From assembly GCA_900088475.1 (NCBI GenBank), contig FLMG01003035.1, forward strand, positions 39,868-103,867: DNA of 64,000 nt. The letters run 5' to 3'. The stretch comes from Hyphochytrium catenoides. Taxonomy: Eukaryota; Protista; Hyphochytriomycota. Each line of letters opens with the position of its first letter. Within the stretch, counting starts at the first letter, position 1. This document shows, piece after piece, positions 1-11,660 of this stretch. The position numbers and the translations under genes were made by a program. The notes beneath the pieces were generated by a model, which had not been told where the DNA came from, searched no databases, and worked only from the letters and a program-made list of their open reading frames with translations.

Positions 1-967
1 CTGCTGTTGGGTAAGATTAACAGGTGACGGAGAAAGAGGTCCAGTGATCTCACCTTCGCTCTTTAACCTTTCTTAGACTCCTCTGGCGTCTGGCTGCGAC
101 CCGAAGGAGGAAGCGCTGGGAGAACATTTCTTTGTGGAATCTCGCCTGCAGGTGCTTGTCCATCTTGACGACCTCACACTTCTTGAAGAGCAGGCACCAA
201 CACAGAAGGGTGTTTATTATTCTTATTACCTTGCATGCAGAGGATCCCGACCAAGAGGTTGTCCAGAGCTGTCCCTCGGTCCTGGAGAGCTCTGTAGAGC
301 ATTCGCTCTTCGAAGATATACTTTGGCCAGCGTTGGCCAACAGGATACCTGCCTTCAATTCGCTGAAGGTCACCAGTTCATGGGCGGGTTACTACGACTA
401 TCATCCATTGGACCAGGTAGGAAGATAAGGCAAAGAGAAGAATAACAGGCGAAAGAATCAACCTGGGTGGAGAAAGACATGTAGGAAAGAGAGAGCGGCA
501 AAAAGGGAAAACGAATTACTTATAGCCCCGGAGAGAGGGAGGGCGTGGTCGCGGTTTGCCTTTTATGCTCCATTCACCACGTTTCCGAGATATTCCACGC
601 CTAAGAACGTCTCAGTCTCTCTCTCCGCATGTCACTTCTCCTAACCATCTCGGCTCTTCTTCTTCTCTGTCTACACACAAGGGCCATAGCATGTCTCTTA
701 TTCTGCAACCTAACTACTCCTCCCACTACCTCGACCTTTCCCCTCTTTCTGCTGAGGTAGAACGCCATCATTGGTCGGCACCCGCGAATAACCAATCTTA
801 CCTTCGCCAATGGGTTCTCGGGGCACGGCCTTCAGCAAGCGCCAGCGGCTGGCAGGGCCGTGTCAGAGCTTATTCTCCACGGTAAATTCGAGTCTATCGA
901 CCTCAGCGCTTTCTCCTACGAGAGGACTCAGACTGGAGAGCCGATCAGAGAAAAGAACGTCTATTGA
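1..967 (+). CDS. FOXRED1: FAD-dependent oxidoreductase (FOXRED1/DAO family), 3' part; exons 1-10, 77-151, 241-416, 761-967
   Basis: Spliced translation ...[12 protein letters not shown]...[32 protein letters not shown]|[38 protein letters not shown]...KNVY*. GT-AG introns keep the frame. The 5' end lies outside the window. Confidence 0.85.
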
Positions 968-1156
968 TACCTTTTCAGCGCCAACAAGCTGAGGAAAGGA
1001 AGGAGCAAAGAAGGCTGGCAAGAGCTTGGTTGAGGGAGATACGATAGGCAACACATGTGCTAAGCCATAAATAGTATTTAAATATTAGCGACCATGAAGA
1101 TGAAGATCCGATATCTCCTTTTCCTTTTTCTCTTTCTCCTCTTTTCTCTCCGGTGC

Positions 1157-4100
1157 TTATGCAACTGTGGCCGGGTTGACGTCTTGTTGAAGCTTCGTGA
1201 GGACACTGACGAGGGAGTCGAGCTATGGATCAACGAGACAAAAACAGTAATGTGAGCCCAGGTTAGCAAGCGACGGCCATGATAGAGATACTGACTGAGG
1301 GATTTGACAAGAAAGCGGATGAGAAAGAGGAAGGACACCACTAGTCAGGCGGTCAGTGCAACTTACCTCTTCTCTGAACCTCTCAATCTCTCTATTTTTG
1401 CTCTCTATCGCTAGCTCGTATTGTCTCTTCAGCTGTTGCTGCTCTAGTTCATGTCCGTGATGCGCCTCCGCTAACAGTCGCGATAGCTCCGCTTCTCGTC
1501 TCTGCCAAAGACGGGTTAACCTTCGGAACGTCGGTAGGCTCACCGTCTATCATCCACACACTTTTCTTCCAGCTCTCTTTCTACTCTCCGGCACCCTCCT
1601 TTGGCATATAATCGTCATTTCCCTGTCCGTGCCTCACTCATTCTCATACCTTGAACCTTCTATCCATATCCTCGATTCTCTGCTGCAAGGATTGCAGTTG
1701 AACGCTGGTTGGAGTGCGCAGCTCCGACAGCTGGGCGCGTAAGTGCAATGCCTCTGTCCTTTCTGCGTGAAGGCTATCCCGCAGATGCGCATTTTCTACT
1801 AGCAAACTTCGCTCCTTCGCTTCTCTCTCTTCCTTCTCTGCTCTTTCTTCTGCTGGTGATGGCCCTTGCGTCTCTGTCTGTTTCAACTTTAGCTCTTCTC
1901 TGACGGCAGTGAGCTGAGCTCTGAGATCGCTCACAAGCTCCTCCAGTTTGAGGACAACGGCTGCCTGCCCTGCGCTGTTACCCTCAGGGCTAACTCCATC
2001 CACCTTGCGGAAGACTTGCTCTTCAATTGGTGACAGCGTCTGACCCCTATTGGATGCTTCGGTCTGAACTCCTTTACTCTCTGGCAAATGCAGATTAATA
2101 GGGGTTCCAAGCTGTAAGTGGCGGAAAAAATGAGCTATCGTGATAGGGACTGACCTCTTTCTTTGTGGAGACTACCGGGATGTGACCGGAAGGCAGCAAG
2201 TAGCTTCTGTCGTGCGGCATCACTGGCAGCTAGCTGAGCGCGCAAGGAAGTCACCTCGGCAGTCAGAGCGTCATCACCTTGTCCTAAAGCTCTAAACTGT
2301 AGAGAGAGAGCGCAAAGAAGAGTGTCAAAAGCTGTTAAGTCTTTCTAATGGAAGGTTAGTGGCTTAGTCCGTAAGTGCAGGTGCGCAGACTTTCTCCCCA
2401 TTGTTGCCACTTCCCTAACTTACATTCTCCATTTCTAGCTGCAAACGAAGTATTTCATCCTCTTGTTCTCTCTGCAGCAAGTAAACAACGTGAGGTTCAT
2501 AGACATCGCGCATGCCTAAGATCATAAGGAGCTTTGTCGTTGCCCTTACCAGGAGCCGCCGCAGCTCCTTCACTGTCCGAGCATCTTCTTCGACATCTTT
2601 ATCGCCCTCGTTATTTCCAGCGCTATGAGTGTTTCTTCTAACCTTGTCCGACCTTCCGTCCTTCCTTGCCTTGGGACCACCTTTCTTGTCGTCCAGCCCT
2701 ACACCTCTGCCTGACTCGAGCTCCTGGGACACGGACAAGGTTAAAAAGGTAAAGCTTCAATGGCTGAGTTCGGAAATAAACAGGAAGGGACAGGTAGCCA
2801 TGACAGGACGACCTAGTAAGAAGCACCAGGTGACCATGCAGCAAAGATGAAAGAGGCAACGCCGAGCAGAGAGAGCGAAGGAAGAAACCTTGATCTTTTT
2901 CTTATAGTAGGTGCGAACCCTGTCTAACTCGCTTTCTAACTCCTGGACCCTTGTCTGAGATACCGCCCGAGCTTTCTGAGAAAGAGTTACCCGAGTGGGG
3001 GCAACAGGAGGTGGAGGCGGTGGAGATGCCAATGCCTCCGCAAGCTGCTTCTTGTACCTGCCCAAAAGCCAGAGGCCGATGGAAGTTAGGCCGCGTTGCT
3101 CTGAAGATGGCGAGGTTTGGTGCACAACGGGAGAGAAGAATCGCGGCGTTGTGGGGACCCTCACGATGAGGAACAATAGAGAGAGGGTGACAGCTCCCTT
3201 ACCCCTGCACAATTCTATCATGCTCTTGTCGAAGAGACCTCATATGTCTCTCGGCTCTCTCCTTTTCTTCCTCCAGTTGTCTTTTCAGGTTCTCAATCTC
3301 ATCTCGATGGGTTCTCTCTTCTTCCGCCGTTTGCTCCCGCTGGGCCGCAAGGATGAGCGCAGAAATGCTGTCAGGATGTTTCTTCAGAAGAGAGGCTTCC
3401 AGCTCGGACACCTTCCGTTCCAGCTCCTGGTAAAGGATCGGCGGGGGCCCGATGAGATAAGGAAGCAGGGACAGCAGAAGAAAGAGAAACAAGTGGACGT
3501 AAAAAGAGAGATTACCGACGGATAAGTAGAGGCAGAACTCAAGCATCGAGACCGGGAAGAGGAGTTATCTGAGCATCTACAAAATAGAAGGGCGAGACCG
3601 ACGCTAGAATGTGGCATGTGCGCCACTCAGCACGAGAGCACACGAAAGAACTGGAGCCCACCATTATTCTTCGGACATCGGCCGCTGATCGTCCAGGGAA
3701 GTTCTTGGCTCTGTCACCCCCGCTTTTTGATAGAGGAGAGGGAAGCACCTTCTTCCCTACAGCTCCCCCGCGTTCAGCTTCCCTTCTCCCTCTGCCTTCA
3801 GACGGAAGCTGCTGAGTCAAGCGCTGTATCTCCTTTTGTTGCTCCTTGATAGTGCGTTCTTGCTCATCCAGCAGCTCCTGATTTTCAATGTACCTGAGTA
3901 AATGAGAGAGTTCCGTTAGACAGCTGACAAGATTGAGAAAGACCTTGGTTTCCAAAAAGAGATGCGCGGGTGACGATGCAGGAGAAAGGGGCCAGACATC
4001 GCAGAAGTAGCCGCGACAGACTTCATACACGAACAGTGAAAGCGCAGAAAGAGACATCAAGACTAGGTGGCGGTGGTCTCCAGACCCTGGCTCAGGACTC

Positions 4101-7100
4101 TGTGTTCTAACGGTGAAGGAAGAGTAAAACGTGGAGGAAAACGACAAGAAGAGACAACAGACAACGAAAAGAAGGGCAACCATTTTAGCTTCTGCTGGAG
4201 AGTTTTCTCTACTTCTTTGTGCCGCTTTCTCTCTCTTTCCAGCTGTTGTTCTAGCTTCCGCACGACTGCCTCCTCTGCTTGGACCTGAGCCAAGTTCACG
4301 CCAGCTCTCGAGCATTCCGCTTCAGCCTTTGACTTACGCAGAGACTCCAACTGGATAAAAGTAATGGAGGTGAAGCGTGGAAAATAAGGGGATGTAACGG
4401 GAGACCTCGCAAGCATTAGAAAAGTTTAAAGCACAAGGAGTACGGAAGGCAGAAACAGGATAAACAAAGGAGAAAAGAAGAGAGACAGGGAAGGAAACAA
4501 GAGACTAAGGAGGAAGGGGTGTCAAGTTTGTTGGACTACCTCTTCCCTGAGCTCTCCTTCTCTCCTTTCGCTCAGTTGCCTACTCGCCTCTAGCTCTTCC
4601 TCCAGCTCCTGAGCCCTCTTTTCCGCCCTCAATCGCGCCTGCAGGTGTACTCCTCCACCTTCACCATCTTCCGCGCCGAGCTGGTTTCTAAGCTGGTTCA
4701 AGGCCCTTCCTAGGCTCTGATTCTCTTCAAACATTGCTAGCCTCTCCTTCTGCAAGTCGAGTAGGGTCAGGGGCGGAAGTAAGAAAGCCAATCGTTAGTA
4801 GAGGGAGAAAGCATAAGGAGAAGAACTATGCGCAAGGAAGCCATCAGCAAGCCGCTTTCCTTCTCTAGAAGAGCTAAGAGTCGCCCAGGGAAGGAGGGTT
4901 GCAAAGAGGCTAACACTGTATCTCTCGCCGCCCACCACTTGCTCTTCCATTAAGTTTGGCTGTCCCAACACCAGAAGCGACAGAATTTTCTAGCATTCTC
5001 ACCTCTGCAGTCTCCCTGACATGCCGCATCTCCTTGATCAATCTCTCGTTGTCCTGTTTATATCCCAAGAGAATGCTCTCTTGCACCGCCAACTCCTCCC
5101 GCAGCCTCTTCTCTGCCTCTCCTATTGCTTCAGCTCCTTCATGATCCTCTGCTCTCTCGCCGCTTTGCCTCTTATCCGTGTCATCCGCCAGAGCCCGGGT
5201 ATGAGCTCTACTCTTGGCGAGAGACGTGACAGAAAAAAGACTCGCATTCGCTTCTTTTAACTAGGAACAAGGACGACAATGTGAGAGGAAGAAGCTAGTG
5301 GCAGTCAATGTTCAGAAGAGAACATGGCGCGGAACGTAGGCATAGGACACGGAGATGGAACTGATCAGTGTCGTGCAGGAGAAGAGACAGCCAAAGAGAG
5401 CTCATCCCTAAGTGGAGGCGAAAGGAAGTAAACGGGAGCTTAACTCAAGAGAGCTTAAGAAAGAGGGAGTCAACACTTCAAGGAGCAACCTGTGCTTGAA
5501 GCTTCGCAATCTCTCGCTTGTAGGCTTCCACTGCCTCAGGCTTTAGTCGCATTAAAAACGCGGAGAGACACGGTTAGATTAGGCTATCCACTAAAAAAGA
5601 AAGAGCACTGGCAGACGCACCACCACTTGCTCAGCACTCGACTTTTTCACTCTGCGATCTTCCTCTTCTATCCCTGCCAAAGGTGCGGGAATAGTTTCGA
5701 GAACAGGGGAGGCCGAGGTCTCTTCCTCACTGCGCAGATCCTGCTCCCTTTCCCTTTCGTCCTCGCCATCTGTGGAGGGTAGTCTCTTTCCGTGCGTTTC
5801 TCTTCTGGACCTAACACCCTGATGTCCCTCTGGCTTTGCTTTGTGGATAGGCTCCGCGTTGGTCGTCCTTTCTGCGTGCCCGCCTTTATGTTTGAGGGAA
5901 AGCTCTTGCTCTTCCGTTGTCTTGGTGCTAGCCCCGGGTTCGTCTTTCAGCATCTCGAGCTCTCGCTGGATCTCTAAATACTTAGCCACCAGGTCATCGG
6001 TCGAGAAACGCAGCTTTTCTTCTCTAGGTTTTCCACTCTCTTTCTCTTTCGATTTCTTCAAAGAACTAAGACGGGGGATAGCGCTCTTTCCTGATGTTCT
6101 TTGAGGAGTGGCGGGAGCCTCCTCTCTCCTCTTCTCTCTATTCTCGACTGCAAGGAAGGAGGAGATGAGAAGTGGGTCAGGGGGCGCGCTAACCACCGGA
6201 ATAGCCCAGTCAGCCCGGGGCACTGCCTGCTTTGGCTGCCTCCGATGAGCTTTTGTTTGCTCCTGTGCCCGTGCCGGCGAGTTCACCGTTTTGCGGTCAC
6301 TCCTGGTGCTTCGTACGGGAGAGGAAGGGATAGTGCTTTTATTCCGACCCTCCTCGTCTCGGCTTGAAGATGGAGATACTGGGACGTTTGGTGTCTCTTC
6401 AAGAAAGGTTCTTGGTTGTGGCGAGCTCTTCTACGAGCGAGTGAACATAGCCGAAGAGCGAGAGTGAGTCCCGAGCATACTTGGTGACATAGACATAAAA
6501 GTACAGAGGGGAAAGTGTATAGCCAAGTACCCCTGATGATGACTTTTATAGGGCGGTAAGTCTTCCTACCTTCGCGATAGGCATACTAGGCCTTTTCTCC
6601 TGTCTCTCCTGAGACACGTGAATGGCTGGATTGTCATGCACTGCCCTCCTCTTCTGGCTGCTGACCACAACCTTCGCGCTGGCGTATTCAAAATCCAAAA
6701 TCCGGTCTCTTTCCCGTTGTGACTCCTCATCAATGAGGTCAAAACTAGGAGGCTGGGAAGGGGAAGGCGATGCGGGACTGATGGATGCCTGATGAACCAC
6801 AAAGCGCTGGACGGTGGAGGGCACTGAGGAAGAAGCCCGTTCTGGCTCCTTCTCGCTTTGCCCTTCTGGCTGCAGTACTTGACCTTGGACTGGAACGTCA
6901 GCCGAGTGGTTTTCTCCAGGTCGTCCATAGTCCATGCTAGCGTCTTTCTCTTTTATGGATCCTTCCTGGTCTGGGGGGGTTTCTCCCTTGTGTTGGTGCT
7001 GTGGTGAGTCCTGCATCTCTGTCTCTTCACTTCTTAACAGCTCCTCTCCGTGCTCCTCACCTTGTCCTTGGCTAAGAACAGGTTCCGCCTCGAACTCTTC

Positions 7101-10100
7101 ATCCGTATATGACTCCTCTCCTTTCCTGCCAATCGACAACTCAGTGACTCCGGAAACGACAGGAGTCGGCGGAGGAGAAATTGGAAGAGACGGAGGCGGT
7201 GGCAGAGCTGCACTCTGCTCTTGGGAGCTGGCGCGGGTAGACTGGTCCACTTTCTCATCCTTGGCTTGTCTTTCAATGCTGTCAGGCTCTAGACGTAAAG
7301 AAGTGGAACTGGATTCCTTGTGCTCTTCCCCTATTTCTCTCACAGGCACGGACGCACTGGCTGAAGGCTCTACGACCTTATAATAAACATCAAAAAGTTG
7401 CTAAGACGAGGCGACTCAAAGAATCTGGAAACATATAGAAGCGAGATGTAGCTTACTTTATCTTCTGCCGCAACGGTGCCAGCGACGTGTTCATCCTCCT
7501 TCTACATTCAAAGCAGCATGATGTTAGGACTCAGAAATATGCAATGCGAAGCATCTGAGAGTGCAGAGGAGAAGCGATAGGAAAGACTCCGGTCACCTCG
7601 AAGTCATCGTCTGCATATCCAAAGTCATTTGAATAGTCTAGCATGGACTCCGCCTTGTCCTTGTTGCTCCCGGACGCTGTCACCATCTCAGTTTGCTGAG
7701 GTGCCAACGTTATCCCGCTGTCTTCCTTCTTCTCCACCAAATCAGGCGCTGGTGCCTGGCCTTCAGCTTTTGCGCCTGCACGATCCTGCCTTTCGTGACC
7801 CTCCACACTTCCCGCCGACTGCGCTAGCAAGGATGAGGGCTCGGCCTGAGCAGGGGCGGCAGATGCTGCTGGCGGAGCATCGGCTTCGGCGTCCATACTG
7901 AGATCGAGGGAGAACACGGACTGACGAAACGTACAGGAGGTAGGACAATAAGCCCAAAGAGATAGGGAAGAGAGGTGGGGAAGAGAGGGTGAGAGAGAGG
8001 GAGTCATGCTATAGCTGCGGAGAAGGATGATAGGAGTCCAGCTATACCTTCAGATTCGAGAACGTGCTTGGAACGGGTAGCGGTGCCTCGTCTAACTCTG
8101 GTTCTGAATGACATGGCATGAGGTCAGAGCAGTGCACGAAGCTGAGGAGGGAGAGAGGAGAGCTAAAAAGAGGGCATCCGGTGGAGATATGTGATCGTAC
8201 TTTGTGCATGTGGAAGGGAAGGGGCAGAAGGGATGGTAAGATCTCCAAAGGATTGTCCTTCCTTCCTGTCCTTGCCAGGGCCCAACCCTGCCGTCCTCTT
8301 CTCCTGCAGTTTGCGTTTGGCAAAGGCACCGACCTTCACAAGAGCGGCAGCCAGGGTGAGGCGGTAAAAGACTGACGGAACTCAAGTCGAGTCAATGTTA
8401 AGGACCTCAAAATCTTCCTCTTTCAATCCTAAAGAGTCTTCGAACTCATCCTGTTTCTCTTCTTTCTCTTCCTTGTCTCCCTCGACTGAGCCCAGGGCAT
8501 CGACACCCTCTGCAGGCTACCCGGTAGGCAGGAGTGAGGCAGCTGAGCAGGTAGCTTGCAAGTAGAAAGTACTAAGGAAAAGGTGCTAGAGCGACAGACG
8601 GAGGTGCGGGTACAGAACAGAGAGAGAGGGACAGAGCAAACTAAGAGAGAGGAAACTGCGAAGGCTTGTATAACGAGTTGATGCGCATAGCGAGATCTAT
8701 GGCCGCTGGCCACTACCTTCCCCTCTTCTGATCCTCCCGCTTCCTCCGCAGTCATCTCATCCTCCGCCGCTCCAATAGTCGGCTTCGGCCTCTCAGATAG
8801 GTCTTTAAGAGACGAGCCTGTGCGTTGTAGGATGGACTCCATCCGCTCCTCAAGAGAGACTTTCTTGACCTGAGAGCGTGGAAGAGTGAGGAACCCCAAC
8901 ATGTGATTGACCGCTTCATCTTTCATCTCCCCCTTTTATGTCCTAGATCCCTTCTACCAAGTCTACGGCATCTTCAGTACCTGCTTCAGACTAGCTTCTT
9001 TCTTCTTTCTCTCCTTCTCCTGACACAAGCACCGAGCCGTAGGAACAAGGATGATGTATATGAGGAGAAAGCGATGAGAGGCCTTCTTAAAACAATGAGG
9101 AGAGAAAGGATAGAGGCGGGGTATGGATAGGACAGGAGAGAGAAGAGAATAAGGGAAGGACATTGGAAATAGGAAGTGGAAAGATGGCTCGCTGGGGAGA
9201 AGGAAGAGCTCTCCTATGGCTCCATTCTCTGATAAAGAATAGCATTGCGTCTACCTCTTCATCACTAGAGTCAAGGTTATAGGGATCTCTGGATTTTACA
9301 AGAGAGAGAGAAAGAGAGAATAGAGAGAGTCAGAGGATCTCAGGATATACAAAGCTCACAAGAGGGCTAAGAAGAGAAGGTGAAGAGAGCGAGAGAGATA
9401 GTATGACCAAAGCAGGAGAACCAGAGTTAGGGGGTTGAAAAAGATGCGGGATGATAAGAGGTCCAACACGGAGTCGAAGAGGAACAAAACAACGTCATCT
9501 CTCAAGAGAGAGAGAGAGAGAGAGAGTGAGAGAAAGAGAGTTAGTAGCGAAGGGACATACTTGTACGGCGGTGGAGCGTCCTCATCACTGTCACTTAACG
9601 AGACAAGGGAGCGCTTGGGCACGGTTCCCTAGGCATTCCCAAAGTCAGAAGATGTGAAGACAGCTGCAGTCAGAGTGAGAGTCTTCATATGTCCTGCTCT
9701 CTCTTCTGTCTCCGTGTTGTCTTTCGTCAAACTGAAGCTCTTTCACCTGTTTGGTCTTCTTTCCTGACTTCTGGGAAGGCTCCTTGGTCCCGCGCCTCTT
9801 CCCTTCCTTGTCCTTAGAGGACTTTTGGCGTCCAGTCCCACGTGCGATAGGCCTAAGAGACCAGAATGAGTCCGGGAGCTTCTTCTCCCTAGACGTTCCT
9901 TTTTCTCCTTCACATGCCTGGTCATCTACCTCTCTCTCTCTCATTGTCTCTCTCTCTCTCTCTCCCTTCCTCTTCTCGTTTCTCTCGCTCACCTGGTGGC
10001 TCAGCACGTTCTCTCTCTCTTTCCTGCTCCCCTTTCACCTTCCGTCCCTCTCTTCTCCATCTTCTCTCGCTCATCGGTTTCCTCTCTCTTCAGAGTCCTG

Positions 10101-10245
10101 ACAACCCTCCATCCCTTCTCAGGCATGTTGCTCCCTCTCCCCTTGTCCTTCACCTTCCTCCTTGGTATCCCCTCCTCCTCTCCACAGTTTCGGTCTTTGA
10201 AACTTACTGCCGCTGCTCCTCTCCGAAGGTATAATCGTCGTCCAT
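1157..10245 (-). CDS. CEP162: CEP162-like centrosomal coiled-coil protein, multi-exon; 5' exons and start uncertain
   Basis: Segments QESILLGYKQDNERL, KLKWYIENQELLDEQ, KKHPDSISALILAA and C-terminal KNREIERFREELDSLVSVL resemble conserved CEP162 blocks. Upstream low-complexity exons (5591-8926) splice in. The ATG at 10245 (MDDDYTFGEEQR) is tentative. Confidence 0.7.
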
Positions 10246-10399
10246 GATGTCCCCAGAGCTCTCTCAGCCGACAGTCAGAGGGCCTAGAACTCCATACGGC
10301 TTCGCCTCTTGAGGGCTGTCACCTCTATCACTAGGATAAGAAGGGCCCAGCCATTTGCTGGCGTTCTGAGAGTTATAGGACCTTTGGCATGTGACAGGG

Positions 10400-10554
10400 A
10401 GCCGGGAGAGAGAGAGAGAGTAAGAGAGAGAGAGAAAGAGAGAGAGAGAGAAAGAGAGAGAGGGAGAGGGAGAGGGAGAGGGAGAGAGACAGAGAGGGAG
10501 AGAGACAGAGAGAGAGAGAGAGACAGAACCTGTGAGAGAGAGAGACAAAAAAAA

Positions 10555-10601
<47 letters not shown>

Positions 10602-10911
10602 GAGAGCAGGCAGTCACAAAGGAAGTGGCAGTCACAAGGGAAGTGATAAGGCAGGAGCGGCCACTGGTAGACCCTTTTATACCTGATTTCAGTATCGACT
10701 GTGCATCTCAAGGGGATCGCGAAGAAGCTCTCTCTCTCTCTGCGGTTGCTGTCGTCTCTGCTTTCTCTTTGTATGCCGCTTGAAGCTTGCGCCAAACGCC
10801 GCAGCATTTGTTCTTTATTGTCATCAAAATTCTCATTCTCATTCTCATGCCTTTCTCTCTCTCTCTCTCTCTCTCTCCCTCTCTCTCTCGCTTCCTCTCT
10901 CTCGTTTTCTC

Positions 10912-10942
<31 letters not shown>

Positions 10943-11250
10943 ACTCTCTTCTTCCTCCCTCTTTCTCTTTTCTCTCTGTCTCTCTCTTGTCTTCCCGTTT
11001 ATCTTATCTCCCACCTCAGTCTTTCTTCCTCCAATTTCCCTCTCGTGAGTTTTTGTTTTCTCTGTAGCCTCTTTCTGGTCTGCTCTCTGTCTCTACACCC
11101 TCTTGTCTCTCTTCTCCACTCTGTCTCCCTCTTTCTGAACCCCATACTATCTAGTACTCCATATCTCTTTTCCTGTGTCGTTTGAACTCTTCCCTTTCCT
11201 ATGTGTTTCCCTCCATCTCCACGTTTCCCCCAGGATCTGGGCCATCTCCT
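10400..11250. repeat. (GA)n/(GACA)n tract followed by a (CT)n tract
   Basis: Visible microsatellite runs at about 10400-10610 (GA) and 10850-11250 (CT-rich). Confidence 0.9.
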
Positions 11251-11660
11251 CATCTCATTCTCAATGAAAATAGTTTCTGAAGCTCTGTCTGGCAGATCTG
11301 AATCTCAAGAAGATTGGCAATGACTCTTCGTCCGCAGCTCAGACTCCTGGTGCTTGAAGAGCTTATGGATGTCTAGGAACGAGGCGTCTGTGAAGGCGGA
11401 TCATCTTCAGGAGAGCCTTCACAGGAAAGCTTGAGTCAAAAAGTAGGTGATGCACCGTTAGACGCGGTTATTTGAGCGTCTAGTAGGTGGAATGATGACA
11501 GCCCTCGAACAATGAATGTTTGCCATCTTCCCTCTTTACGGGCACTAAGAACTTCGATCGCCTTGCTTGGAAATTTAATACGTGGCTGATAATGGCTTGC
11601 TACTGTGAAAGGCAATGGCTCGCCTGTGTGGAAGGCAATGGCTCTAATTTATGGCGGTTA

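Noticed and set aside
9645-11253. Many overlapping ORFs rich in SL/ER/RE dipeptides (also about 22.6, 31, 35.3 and 38.1 kb)
   Set aside because: Artefacts of stop-free (GA)n/(CT)n microsatellites.
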